Assembly: GCA_964016885.1 (NCBI GenBank)
Contig: OZ024740.1
Location: forward strand, 28,892,001 to 28,956,000
DNA from: Eledone cirrhosa
Lineage: Eukaryota
Direction: 5' to 3'
Length of the DNA stretch: 64,000 bases
Positions 33,753-48,100 of this stretch are shown here, piece by piece; position 1 is the stretch's first letter; each line of letters starts with the position of its first letter. Position numbers and translations under genes: made by a program. The notes under the pieces are model-generated. The model was not told where the DNA came from. It did not search any database and saw nothing but the letters and a program-made list of their open reading frames with translations.

Positions 33753-35385
33753 TACAATTGTTTCATCCAAACCTAGGCTTGATGTCTTCGGACCATTTTT
33801 CAATGTTTGTACACATAATTGACCTCCTTTCCAACGCAAGAGACATACAGATACATATGTATATATTGATGTACAGTGGAGTGACATATATTATATTATA
33901 TTATTTCTGTATAGCAATTCAAATTCAAAATCAAAATCAAAATCAAAATTAAAATTAAAACAAAATTAAAACAAAATTAAAATACATTCGGCAGTTAACA
34001 TAGATAATGCAAGCGGATAGTTTGTTAGTCAGATGTAGTAGTTATTGTATGCGTTAGTTACACGTGGGGCATGCACGTGTGTCTCATTTATATATGATTA
34101 TTGTGTGGCAGGTAGTTACATGTAATACAAGCACTTTAAGCGGGTAAGTAAGAGTATTATGGAGGTTGTAGTGGTAAGGTATTTTTTGTATATAATAAAA
34201 AAGTATGTGTGCAAAAAAATAAAAAAAGGAGAAGCAAAAGAAAGTTGTGGTTTTCGTATCCACCACCATTTTCACATTCAGGAAATGTAATATATAGTTT
34301 ATACATCCATCACATAATTAACGATGATTCCAAATTGGATGTTTGATGCATTAAATTATATTATTTTAGCTTATTGCGGCTCAGTGTTCTTTAATCCAAT
34401 TTTATAGAGTAGGTTGTTTCTGCTGCGAGAATTTACATCGGTTTATTATCCGGAAGTATGTGTGTAATTAAGGGGAGTTAATGCGTAAGGGGAGGTAACT
34501 AGCTGATTTCCATAACTAAATGTATTGTTCTAATCTACATTATAAGGTGTCTCAATAGAGTCCCTTATATAGACGGTTATATATTTATATTCAGTTTCCA
34601 ATTTTAAATACAGTCTACTCCATCATGATGTACTAAAGGTATCTATATTAGGATGATTACTCCCTATCATAGAGTGCTACAACTCAATATTCCATACAAA
34701 GAGCCATATCTTTATATCAAAGTTCTTTGCAAATGTAGTCTACTCACAGAACATGTCAGGGGACGTATTAGAACTATGTCTACATAACCCCTGGTAAGTT
34801 CTGGAACAGTGTATGGCTGTTTGCATGGCAAAGCCAAAAACATCTCTAGGGCAGACAAAAACATCCCTCATTTACAATGTCATTAATCTATCCATCAAGT
34901 TATACTTGCATATATAACTCACATACCATTCATACATAATCAATTGCACTTTTTTTTATTATATACAAAAAATACCTTACCACTACAACCTCCATAATAC
35001 TCTTACTTACCCGCTTAAAGTGCTTGTATTACATGTAACACAATAATCATATATAAATGAGACACACGTGCATGCCCCACGTGTAACTAACGCATACAAT
35101 AACTACTACATCTGACTAACAAACTATCCGCTTGCATTATCTATGTTAACTGCCGAATGTATTTTAATTTTGTTTTAATTTTGTTTTAATTTTAATTTTG
35201 ATTTTGATTTTAAATTTGAATTGCTGTACGGAAATAATATAATATAATATATGTCACTCCACTGTACATCAATATATACATATGTATCTGTATGTCTCTT
35301 GCGTTGGAAAGGAGGTCAATTATGTGTACAAACATTGAAAAATGGTCCGAAGACATCAAGCCTAGGTTTGGATGAAACAATTGTA
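33753..35385. mobile_element. Long inverted-repeat element (about 450-bp arms, about 740-bp spacer) with a hammerhead-like motif at each outer end
   Basis: 33753-34203 is inverted at 34948-35385; CCGAAGA-C-ATCAAGCC ta GGTTTGGAT-GAAA-CAATTG-TA at 35347-35385 (+) and 33753-33792 (-). Confidence 0.85.
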
Positions 35386-35583
35386 AGTGAATAAATGCTT
35401 TGAACATAGCTTTGATTCTTGTGAATTCTATATAACTGCTCTGTAGAACAATTGATATTATTACATTGAGGTATTTATCTTACTGGTAATAAGGTAGTAA
35501 TAAATTACTGACCTTCACTGTTTAGGGTTTAAAATATATATAACTATAAAAAGTGTTAGTATATACATAACCATAAATAGTAT

Positions 35584-35650
<67 letters not shown>

Positions 35651-35657
35651 TGTATAT

Positions 35658-36407
35658 ATATTAAAATAACAGATTAAAGTTTAAGCAAAGAATCACTGCT
35701 TTCACTCTTAACGGGATCTTCTGAAACTAACAAAGTCAATCTGTAAACGCAGAAGTGAATATTTCAAAAGACGTTGCAACCGGAGGAAGACAGGAAGACG
35801 ATACTTTGGTTCGCGGAAACGTTCCCTGGCAAACGGGAAAAAACGAATATAATACGTCATTATTTGGAGCGGTGAAAAACAATTACACGCAAAGACAAAA
35901 CCACGTTTATGGTATAAAAGAAGTCGTAGACTAATATTCTCTAAGGTGGTTCATAGAGACGTTCTCTGGCAATGAACGGAAAAAACGAAGATAATACGTC
36001 ATATGTGGAGCGTGGAGAACAATTGCACGCAAAGACAAAACCACGTAAATGGTATAACTGAAGTCGTAGACTAAAATTCTAACTAGGAAACCGAATGAAT
36101 CTCCGCTTCAGAGTTAAGAATAAAGTAAATAGAATAGATAAAATACAGAGGTAATTGAAATAAAATAAATACATACACGCATCCAAATACGTACATACAC
36201 AAGCATACGCGAAAACACTCGCAACACTTTGCCAAGGAACGTTTCCACGAACCAAAGTATCGTCTTCCTGTCTTCCTCCGGTTGCAACGTTTTTTTAAAT
36301 ATTCACTTCTGCGTTTACAGATTGACTTTGTTAGTTTTAGAAGATCCCGTTAAGGGTGAAAGCAGCGATTCTTTGCTTAAACTTTAATCTGTTATTTTAA
36401 TAAATAT
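35658..36407. repeat. Inverted-repeat element (about 175-bp arms) with an internal 140-bp tandem duplication
   Basis: 35660-35833 is inverted at 36228-36400; 35819-35941 is repeated at 35959-36080; decayed (C/T)AGAAGA-tcccgttaagggt-GAAAGC motif; terminus also seen at 31927-31970. Confidence 0.85.
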
Positions 36408-36540
36408 TTGCTCTACGGTTCTTATATATTTGATATATATTTATCCTTATCGAGCCCTCTTTGGATTTTTGTCTTCAAATTTATTATTATTACTATATAT
36501 ATATATATATGTGTGCGTGTGTATGTGTGTGTGTGTATAA

Positions 36541-36601
<61 letters not shown>

Positions 36602-36646
36602 GTAAGAATATTTTCGAAACAGCGAGTGGGTTTGAAATTATTAGAA

Positions 36647-36869
36647 ATGTAAGCTATCGCCGTATTTTGACTAAAGAAATTAAAGAAATTATTTAGCCTG
36701 ATAGTGGTGTTATGAACCCTCGGAGAAATGGAAAAAAAGATGAGTATTGACGTACATACTATTGTACGTCAATACTATCTTTTTCCATTTCTCCGAGGGT
36801 TCTTAACCCCACTATCAGGCTAAATAATTTCTTTAATTTCTTTAGTCAAAATACGGCGATAGCTTACAT
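36647..36869. repeat. Palindrome with a short loop, family of 33099-33310
   Basis: Centre gacgtaca-tactat-tgtacgtc; preceded by the same agtaag...gaaacag.gag.g.gtttgaaatt leader. Confidence 0.9.
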
Positions 36870-36974
36870 AAATATATATGTGTAGAGGTTATATTTAATT
36901 TGTTGGGATACAACAAGCAAAATATTTTTATAACTGATATAAAGCACTCAACAAATTATTGGAGTAAACATACA

Positions 36975-37222
36975 ATATATTAACAAATGGAAACTATATT
37001 TATAAAACCATATTTATTTCATTATACATATTTCAAGGGCCACCATTGACACATACATATATATATATTGACACATACATGTATATATATGTATGTGTGT
37101 ATAGATATATAGATATATTAACAAATGGAAACTATATTTATAAAACCATATTTATTTCATTATACATATTTCAAGGGCCACCATTGACACATACATATAT
37201 ATATATGTATGTGTGTATAGAT
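36975..37222. repeat. Tandem duplication of about 138 bp
   Basis: atattaacaaatggaaactatatttataaaacc...caagggccaccattgacac occurs twice. Confidence 0.85.
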
Positions 37223-37409
37223 ATATGAACGTGTGCGTGTGTGTGCGCACGGCTACGTATGTTCGTGTGTGTGTTTGCAGATGTGTTCGTTGTGTACTCT
37301 AGCAAATCCAAAGAATGCCATTTAAGTTTCGACTCAGGGTTGTAGGTGACATTGCTGATCAAATTACACATCATCATCATCATCAACTACATCTAGTACT
37401 GATATAATA

Positions 37410-38726
37410 TTAACGACAACAACAGTAATAACAACAATAACACGTGCAGTAATGGCAACAACAACAATAACAATGACAGCAGCAGCAATGACACCAACAA
37501 CAACAACGACAGCAGCAGTAATGACAACAACATCAACAACGGCAGCAGCAATGACAACAACAACGACAGCAGCAGCAATGACAACAACAATAACGACAGC
37601 AGCAGCAATGACAACAACAATGACAGCAGCAATGACAACAACAACAATGACAACAGCAGCAACTGAAGCCAAGAATAAGAAGCAGTAAAAGACACTGCAA
37701 TACGGTGGACTAACGTGTGTGTATGTGTGTGTGTATGTGTGTGTGTGAAAGAGAGAGAGAATGTGTGTGTGTGTCTGTGTGAGGGTGTGTCCGTGTAAGG
37801 GTGTGTTTGTGTGAAAGGGGGAGAGAATGTGTATGCATGTGTGTGTGTGAAAGAGAGAGAGAATGTGTGTGCATGTGTGTGTGTGTGTGTGTGAAAGGGG
37901 GAGAGAATGTGTGTGTGTGTGTGCGTGTGTGTGTGTGTGTGAGTGAAAGAAAGAGAGAATGTGTGTGTGAAAGAGAGATTGTGCGCGCGCGCGTGTGTGT
38001 GAAAAACAGAGAGAGAATGTGTGTGCATGTGTGTGTGTGTGTGCAAATATGTACATATGCTTGTGCATGTGTATGTGTATATGCATGTATGTGTGTAGAT
38101 TTGTCTTCTGGATTTAAGTGACAGCTTTACAGCTAAGAATTCCTCAGCAATGTCTTCGGGAATTATAATGGCCGATCTGATAACGTTACACCCTCCTCCC
38201 GCTAACATCTCACTACTTCTCGTTATGGCGTCTTCATGTCTTCAAGTCTCCTGCTTTGGAAACTCATTGACAATCACGTGGTCGTCGTCGTCGCTGGCAT
38301 CAACGTTGTCATCGTTTTAAATGGTGTTCATCATGATGATGATGATGATGAGGGTGGTGGTGCTGGTGGTGGTGGTGGTGGTGGTGGTGGTGGTAGTGGT
38401 GGTGTGGTGGTGGTGGTGATGGTAATGATGATGGTGGTGATGGTGGTGATGGTGGTGGTGGTGGTGGTGGTGATGATGGTGATGATCAGGGTGGTGGTGG
38501 TAGTGGTGGTGGTGGTGGTAGTGGTGGTGGTGGTGGTGATGTTATGTTTATCTTTATGTATATATTCGTGTTGACGTTGTTGGTGATGATGTTTCTGATG
38601 ATGATGATGATGGTGGTGGTGATGATGATGATGATGATAATGATGATGGTGATGGTGGTGGTGATGATGGTGTTGTTGTTATGTTTAACTTTATGTTTAT
38701 ATTTGTGTTGATATTGTAGTAGTAGC

Positions 38727-38802
<76 letters not shown>

Positions 38803-39250
38803 ATAGTAGTAGTAGTAGAAGTAGCAGAGGCAGCAGCAGCAGTTGTTATTGTTGATGTTATATTTGTGAGATTTAGAAAGGGTGGGGAGTTAGAGTAGAA
38901 ACTGGAATAGAATAGTGATAGTGACAGGGGAAGAGAGAAACATAGAAAGGGTGAGAGGGAAGCTAGGAGGAAGGGGAGTGACGGAAGGTGGGAGGAAGGG
39001 GAGTGATGGAAGGTGGGGGAAGAGAGGGTGAGGGAAGGTGGGAGGAGGGGGGAAGTGGGAGGAAGGGAGGGTGAATGAAGGTGGGAGGAAGGAAGGGTGA
39101 GGGAAGGTGGGAGGAAGGGTGGGGGAAGGTGGGAGGAAGAGGGAGTGAAGGAAGGTAGGAGGAAGGGAGGGTGAGGGAAGGCGGGAGGAAGGGAGGGTGA
39201 GGGAAGGTGGGAGGAAGGGGGGAATGATGGAAGAGAGGGAAAGAGAAAAG
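37410..39250. repeat. Cluster of simple repeats: (ACA/GCA)n, (GT)/(GA) compound, (GGT)n, (GAT)n, (TAG)n and a purine-rich GGAAGGTGGGAGGAAGGG minisatellite
   Basis: Seen directly. Confidence 0.9.
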
Positions 39251-39284
39251 AGAATGCTGAAAATAAGAATGCACACGTTTATGT

Positions 39285-40125
39285 GTGTGTGAGTATATAT
39301 GTAGGTATGTGTGAGCATGTACGTATGTGTGAGCATGTAGGTATGTGTGAGCATGTAGGTATGTGTGAGTATATATGTACGTGTGTGTGAGCATGTACGT
39401 ATGTGTGAGCATGTACGTATGTGTGAGCATGTACGTATGTGTGAGCATGTAAGTATGTGTGAGCATGTACGTATGTGTGAGCATGTATGTATGTGTGAGC
39501 ATGTAGGTATGTATGAGCATGTAAGTATGTGTGAGCATGTAGGTATGTGTGAGCATGTAGGTATGTGTGAGCATGTAGGTATGTGTGAGCATATATGTAT
39601 GTGTGAGCATGTAAGTATGTGTGAGCATGTAGGTATGTGTGAGCATGTACGTATGTGTGAGCATGTAAGTATGTGTGAGCATGTAGTTATGTGTGAGCAT
39701 GTACGTATGTGTGAGCATGTAAGTATGTGTGAGCATGTAAGTATGTGTGAGCATGTAGGTATGTGTGAGCATGTACGTATGTGTGAGCATGTAAGTATGT
39801 GTGAGCATGTAAGTATGTGTGAGCATGTAGGTATGTGTGAGCATGTACGTATGTGTGAGCATGTACGTGTGTGTGAGCATGTAAGTATGTGTGAGCATGT
39901 AGTTATGTGTGAGCATGTACGTATTTGTGAGCATGTAAGTATGTGTGAGCATGTAAGTATGTGTGAGCATGTAGGTATGTGTGAGCATGTACGTATGTGT
40001 GAGCATGTAAGTATGTGTGAGCATGTAAGTATGTGTGAGCATGTAAGTATGTGTGAGCATATATGTATGTGTGAGCATGTAAGTATGTGTGAATATGTGC
40101 GTATGTGTGAATATGTGCGTATGTG
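39285..40125. repeat. 18-bp minisatellite GTATGTGTGAGCATGTA(C/A/G), about 46 copies
   Basis: Seen directly; explains the MLTHTY and MCEHV pseudo-ORFs. Confidence 0.97.
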
Positions 40126-40213
40126 CCAATCAACTGAGAACTTATGAGATAGTAAAAAAAAAAATCAGCGAACAAAAGAATTATGTATACATATATATAT
40201 ACACACATGTATC

Positions 40214-41121
<908 letters not shown>

Positions 41122-41199
41122 GAATATATGTATGTATATGTACAAATATTCAAATGTAAATACATATACGTTTACATATACACATAAGACAAAGTTTAT

Positions 41200-42175
41200 C
41201 AGCTGAGAAACATCGACTCCCTCGCTCTTGCGAAGAGGTACTCTGTGATCTCTGTAAAGCAGACCCACAATGCCCCCCCCCCCCCTGCATGGAAATAAGG
41301 AAACTTACTATACGAATTGCTGGGACCCCGCCAGAATTAGTTATCTAGTGGATCGTCCCAGAGGAAAGCGAAACACTACTGGAGATAAAGAGATCCCCAA
41401 GGGACAACAGGTGGTCATTTCAGGTGGCGTGGAGCAGCAGGTGGTCATTTCAGGTGGCGTGGAGCAGCAGGTGGTCAGTTCAGGTGGCGTGGAGCAGCAG
41501 GTGGTCATTTCAGGTGGCGTGGAGCAGCAGGTGGTCAGTTCAGGTGGCGTGGAGCAGCAGGTGGTCATTTCAGGTGGCGTGGAGCAGCAGGTGGTCAGTT
41601 CAGGTGGCGTGGAGCAGCAAGTGGTCAGTTCAGGTGGCGTGGAGCAGTAGCTGGTCAGTTCAGGTGGCGTGGAGCAGCAGCTGGTCAGTTCAGGTGGCGT
41701 GGAGCAGCAGTTGTCATCGTATTCAACTAAGAACGTTATACACCATACAAAAGGTATTGTGGGGCGACAGATTGGTATTGCTGCCAAAATCAGGCCCCCA
41801 AAAGCCACAGCAACAACATCTGCGGTACCATAAAGACCAACAGCATCACTGATAGCAGCAACTGAATTACCACCACCACTGACAACAACAGACTCCTTCA
41901 AAACCACCCAGCTTTCCTTCTCTCTCCACCTACTCTAAACACACAGACACAAACATACTTCCCCTCCCATCATTACCAGACATTTCCAACAGCACCCTGT
42001 GAGTAAGTAGCCCCCACTTTTTCCCTCTTAACTCACCAGCCAACATGACAATTCTAAGAATAAAATGTATAATTCTACGTGACTTGGAGTCGTCTTGGAA
42101 GCAAGGAAGCACTCTCAACGACCTCAGACCACTAATGACGGATGTGACAGCTGTCAGCGAGATCAAGATTTCCTT
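41200..42175 (+). pseudogene. Degraded Tx1-like fragment (ORF1 tail + ORF2 start; copy E)
   Basis: From ATG 42045: MTILRIKCIILRDLESSWKQGSTLNDLRPLMTDVTAVSEIKIS aligns with MAMLRVGCLNARGLGSTWKQAMLLNDLRSQRIDVMVICEARIS; upstream is Pro/Thr-rich; left boundary uncertain. Confidence 0.75.
41408..41710. repeat. 30-bp minisatellite CAGGTGGTCA(T/G)TTCAGGTGGCGTGGAGCAG, 10 copies
   Basis: Seen directly. Confidence 0.95.
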
Positions 42176-42560
42176 ACCGGGTCGATAAGATAAAGTACCA
42201 GTAACGCACTGGGGTTGATTTAATCGATTATAAATTCTCCCAAAATTGTTGGCATTGCGCTTAAATCAGAAGCCATTATTGTACCAGTAATACACTGGGA
42301 TAATTGCTGGCCTTGTGCCAAAAGTAGAAACAATTATTATTGGCAGTATCGGTAGAGGGTCGGACGCCGTGCTTTGCAGCATAGAGTTATGGCTCTTTAC
42401 AGTTAGAGTTCAAATTCCGCCGAGGTTAACTTTGCCTTTCATCCTTACGCGCCTTACGCGGTAGATATAATAAAGTACCAGTAATGCACTGGGGTCGATT
42501 AAATCGACCCCCCACCCCCACCCACCCCCCCAAAATTGCTAACATTGTGCTTATACTAGA
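42172..42560 (+). mobile_element. Cluster of SINE family 1 copies and fragments
   Basis: ggcagtatcggtagagggtcggacg...gttcaaattccgccgaggttaactttgcctttcatcc...aagtaccagtaatgcactggggtcgatt. Confidence 0.85.
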
Positions 42561-42796
42561 AATAATTTTCATCATCATCACCATCATCATCCCCATGCGG
42601 TGAAGTGCTAGAACATTCAAAACCTCAAAAGGAATTTCTCTGCGTTCTCATTTCATATGCTACTGAGGGAACTGTACCTTTCATCCATTAGGGGTTGATA
42701 AAAGAAAGTGCTACTCCATGGCATTGGACTTAAGGAATTGCTAGAGAATCTGACATGATTTCCTGTGTTATCTGTTACAAAATATTTCGTTCGCAG

Positions 42797-42984
42797 TTCA
42801 AAATCTGGCTAGGGATTTAAATCCCACAAATAGCCAGGGAGAATCACACGACCACGAGATCACATCTGATTATGAAAGTTACAAACTATTTTCTTCTCAG
42901 TTCAAAATCCGGCTAGGGATTTAAACCCCACAGATGGCCAGGGAGAATCACACGACCACGAGATCACATCTGATTATGAAAGTT
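42797..42984. repeat. Tandem duplication of about 105 bp
   Basis: gttcaaaatc.ggctagggatttaaa...cacacgaccacgagatcacatctgattatgaaagtt occurs twice. Confidence 0.85.
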
Positions 42985-43269
42985 GCATTCGGTGGAGGAG
43001 TATTGTGGTCGTTTTTTTATTGTAGTCGAATGATGGTGGTGATGATTATCTTTATTTCTCTAGAGAATGTAGAATAATATTGAGGCGGGGAAAATATATA
43101 TTTGCAAACGGCTGGGTGGTTGTTTGGTTTGGATGGTTGGACACTGTGATGGACAATGGTAATTCTTGTGGAAGAATTCTCTTGATCGTCTGATCTTTGT
43201 TTATAAATGTAGGTCCCAACAGGATTCTCTGTTTTTCGGAGGCGATTGGGAACAATTGAGTTATGATTA

Positions 43270-43304
<35 letters not shown>

Positions 43305-43519
43305 GTGTGAGAGTGTGTGTGTGTATACATATACATATATACATATATATATATACACACACACACACATATATTTATATATATATACATATATACATAC
43401 ACACACGCGCACACACACACACACACACGCACACACGCACACACACACACATATCTATGTACTTTTGTATGAATGTATTTATGGATGGATATATATATAT
43501 ATATATGTGTGTGTGTATA

Positions 43520-43649
<130 letters not shown>

Positions 43650-43650
43650 A

Positions 43651-43709
<59 letters not shown>

Positions 43710-44067
43710 CATGTTAATGATCATATCAGCGGGAGTGCGTGTGTAGATATCGGAGTTGGTGAGGAAAATTTATGATGAGTCGGTTTGAAGAACCGTGACG
43801 TCTTTCTCTGCAGCTATTTTGAATAGTAATAAAATAACTGAGGGTTTGTTCCATCTTTGAATGATATTTGATTTTATTATCTCTTCTGACCATCGCGAGC
43901 AAAGACGAAAGTTATTTTACCATGGTTTATGTAGTTTATGGCACATTCGATTTATTGTTTTCCAAATTAGAAACATTAGAAACCCTTCCATCTTCAGTGA
44001 TTGGCGATTAAATGAAAATATTCTTCAGAACTACGATCTCTACCTTACATTATGTGCCATGGTATCT

Positions 44068-44365
44068 TAATAATTGTTTCTACTTTTGGCACAAGGCCAG
44101 CAATTATCCCAGGGTATTACGGGTATTTTATCTTATCGACCCCGTAAGGATGAAAGGCACAGTTCACCTTGGCGGGATTTGAACTCTGACCATAAAGGGC
44201 CGTAACTCTTTGCTATAAAGCATGGCATCCGACCCTCTACCTATACTGCCAATCCACCACCTTATCTTAATAATGCTCCCGTTTGGCAGAAAATTTAGGA
44301 TATTTTTAGGTTCACATCCCACTGAGACCAACTTTGCTTTTCATCCTTCCGTGATCGATAAATAT
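44068..44365 (-). mobile_element. SINE family 1 copy (minus) followed by an opposite-strand fragment
   Basis: tcgaccccgtaaggatgaaaggcacagttcaccttggcgggatttgaactc; then aactttgctttcatccttccgtgatcgataaa. Confidence 0.8.
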
Positions 44366-44634
44366 ATTATTTCTTATCTTCCTCGTCCTCTCTTTCCGTT
44401 TTACACTTTCTTTCACTTTCTTTCTCTCGGAATCGGTTCATCTTTGCTGGGTTACTGACATTCAAATAGGGATCTCAGACGATCTGTTGTTCAAGTAAAA
44501 CAGATGGGTTAAGCTAAGAGATAGACTAAGTCTAAAGTCTGTCTCAATCTTGGAGGCTTGTAAGGCCGGTGTTTATCCTTATCCCGGTTCCGTGGCGTGA
44601 AGCGACGGAGAGTCCAGGACTTCCCCTGGTACTT

Positions 44635-44770
44635 ATTTTCACTGAGTAAACTGTAGCCACGCGAAATGAAGTGTTTTGCTCAAGAACACAACATACAACC
44701 TAGTCCAAGAATTAAACCCACGACATTATGATCGTAAGTTCAACACCTTACAACTAGGCCTCGCGTCTCC
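44635..44770 (-). mobile_element. SINE family 2, diverged
   Basis: ctgagtaaactgtagccacgcgaaatgaagtgttttgctcaagaacacaac is homologous to 2484-2535. Confidence 0.7.
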
Positions 44771-45192
44771 ACTAAGGGATAGTAACCTCATAAAAATTAC
44801 TTTGGTACAGAATGTGTCGAATGAAATCAAAGAAGGCATTTACAGCCCACAGACAAACATGGTGGTAAGGAAATATGGTGAAAAACTTTGTAGGCTAAAG
44901 TCTAAGGATTCTGTTTTTCCTAATGCATTAAATTAAGAAGCCATGGGAACAGCAGAGTAGATTTGTCATTTAGTAGAGGAACTCTTAGAAGTCAATGGTG
45001 AGGGATAAACAGGATGTTGAGCGGAAGAATTTATAACGAGAGTCAACAGTCTAGATCACCAAGTTCAGTTAGTGAACAACTGCCAGTATTTGTAGGGGAG
45101 ATAGTGTATGTAAGTTGTGTTACTCTGCTAACGATAGGATTAGTTAGTGAACAACTATCAAAATTTGTAGTGGAGGTGGTCTACACAACATG

Positions 45193-48100
45193 TGTTAATC
45201 TGCTAACGAAAGGATCAGTTACTCTGCTAATGAAAGGATCAGTTACTGTGCTAATGAAAGGTTCAGTTACTCTGCTAACGAAAAGGATCAGTTACTCTGC
45301 TAATTAAAGTTTCACTTACTCTGCTACCGAAAGTTTCAGTTACTCTGCTAATGAAAGGATCATTGACTCTGCTAATGAAAGGATCAGTTACTCTGTAACG
45401 AAAGGATCAGTTACTCTGCTAATGAAAGGATCAGTTATTCTGCAAACGAAAGTATCATTTACTCTTCTAACGAAACAATCAGCTACTGTGCTAACGAAAG
45501 TTTCACTAACTCATCTAACGAAAGCATCAGATACGCTGCCAACGAAAAGATGAGTTACTCTGCTAACGAAACGCTACAGTAACGCTGCTAATGTAAGTTT
45601 CAGTTACTCTGTTAATGAAAGGATCATTTACTCTGCTAACGAAAGGATCAGTTACTCTGCTAATGAAAGGATCAGTTACTCTGCTAATAAAAGTTTCAGT
45701 TGCTCTGCTAAAGAAAGGATCAGTTACTCTGCTCACAAAAGGATCAGTTACTCTGCTAACGAAAGGATCAGTTACTCTGATAATCAAAGGATCGGTTACT
45801 CTGCTAACAAAAGGTTCAGTTATTCTGCTACCGAAAGGATCAGTTACTCTGTTAATGAAAGGATCATTTAATCTGCTAATTAACAGATCAGTTACTCTGC
45901 TAACGAAAGGATACGTTAATCTGCTAACTAAAGATTCAGTTAATCTGCTAATGAAAGGTTTAGTTACTCTGCTAAAGGAAGTTTCAGTTACTCTGCTAAT
46001 TAAAGGATCAGTTACACTGCTAACGAAAAGATGAGTTATTCTGTTAACGAAAGGATCAGTTACTCTGATAACGAAAGGTTCAGTTACGCTGCTAATAAAA
46101 GTTTCAGTTACTGTGCTAATGAAAGGATCAGTTACTCTGCTAACGAAAGGATCAGTTACTCTGCTAATTAGAGGATCAGTTACTCTGCTGACAAGAGTTT
46201 CAGTTACTCTGCTAACGAAAGGATCATTTACTCTGCTAATGAAAGGATCATTACTCTGCTAATGAAAGGATCAGTTACTGTGCAAATGAAAGGATCATTT
46301 ACTCTGCTAATGAAAGGATAAGTTACTCTGCTAATAAACGGATCATTTACTCTGCTAATGAAAGGATCAGTTACTCTGCTAATGAAAGGATAAGTTACTC
46401 TGCTAATGAAAGGATCAGTTACTCTACTAACGAAAGGTTCAGTTACGCTGCTAACGAAAGGATCAGTTACTCTGCTAACGAAAGTGTCAGTTGCTATGCT
46501 AATGAAAGGATCAGTTACTCTGCTAATGAAAGGATCATTTACTCTGCTAATGAAAGGATCATTACTCTTCTAATGAAAGGATCAGTTACTATGCTAATGA
46601 AAGGATCATTTACTCTGCTAATGAAAGGATCAGTTACTCTGCTAATAAACGGATCATTTACTCTGCTAATGAAAGGATCAGTTACTCTGCTAACGAAAGG
46701 ATCAGTTACACTTCTAATGAAAGGGTCAGTTACTCTGCTAACGAAAGGATCAGTTACTCTGCTAACGAAAGTATCAGTTACTCTGCTAACGAAAGGATCA
46801 GTTACTCTTCTAATGAAAGGGTCAGTTACGCTGCTAATGAAAGTTTCAGTTACTCTGCTAATGAAAGTTTCAGTTACTCTGCTAACGAAAGGATCAGTTA
46901 CTCTGCTAATCAGAGGATCAGTTACTCTGCTGGCGAAAGATTCAGTTACTCTGCTAACGAAAGGATCAGTTACTTTGCTAACGAAAGGTTCAGTTACGCT
47001 GCTAACGAAAGGATCAGTTACTCTGCTAAAGAAAGGATGAGTTACTCGGCTAACGAAAGGATCAGTTACTCTACTAAATAAAGTATCAGTTACTCCGCTA
47101 ATGAAAGGTTCAGTAAATCTGCTAATGAAAGGATCAGTTACGCTGATACCGAAAGGATGAGTTACTCTGCTAACGAAAGGATGAGTTACTCTGCTAACGA
47201 AAGGTTCAGTTACGCTGCGAACGAAAGGATCAGTTACTCTGCTAAAGAAAGGATGAGTTACTCGGCTAACGAAAGGTTCAGATATTCTTCTAACGCAAGG
47301 ATCAGTTTCTCTGCTAATGAAAGGATCTGTTACTCTGCTAACGAAAGGATCAGTTCCTCTGCTAATGAAAGGATTAGTTACTCTGCTAACGAAATTGTCA
47401 GCTGCTATGCTAATGAAAGGATCAGTTACTCTGCTAATGAAAGGATCAGTTACTCTGCTAACGAAAGGTTAAGTTACTCTGCTAATGAAAGGATCATTTA
47501 CTCTGCTAATGAAAGGATCATTACTCTTCTAATGAAAGGATCAGTTACTATGCTAATGAAAGGATCATTTACTCTGCTAATGAAAGAATCAGTTACTCTG
47601 CTAATGAAAGGATAAGTTACTCTGCTAATGAAAGGATCAGTTACTCTGCTAACGAAATGATCAGTTACTCTTCTAATGAAAGGGTCAGTTACGCTGCTAA
47701 CGAAAGGTTCAGTTACTCTGATAACGAAAGGTTCAGTTACGCTGCTAATGAAAGGATCAGTTACTCTGATAACGAAAGGATCAGTTACTCTGCTAATGAA
47801 AGGATCGGTTACTCTGCTAACGAAAGGATCAGTTACTCTGCTAACGAAAAGGATCAGTTACTCTGCTAATTAAAGTTTCACTTACTCTGCTACCGAAAGT
47901 TTCAGTTACTCTGCTAATGAAAGGATCATTGACTCTGCTAATGAAAGGATCAGTTACTCTGTAACGAAAGGATCAGTTACTCTGCTAATGAAAGGATCAG
48001 TTAAACTGCAAACGAAAGTATCAGTTACTATTCTAACGAAACAATCAGCTACTGTGCTAACGAAAGTTTCACTAACTCATCTAACGAAAGCATCAGTTAC

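Noticed and set aside
38963-40147. 388-aa MLTHTY or MCEHV repeat proteins
   Set aside because: Artefact of an 18-bp minisatellite.
41408-41710. 30-bp repeats as a CRISPR array or a Cys-rich (CCSTPPELT) protein
   Set aside because: No spacers; eukaryotic context; lies in a decayed LINE fragment on the opposite strand.
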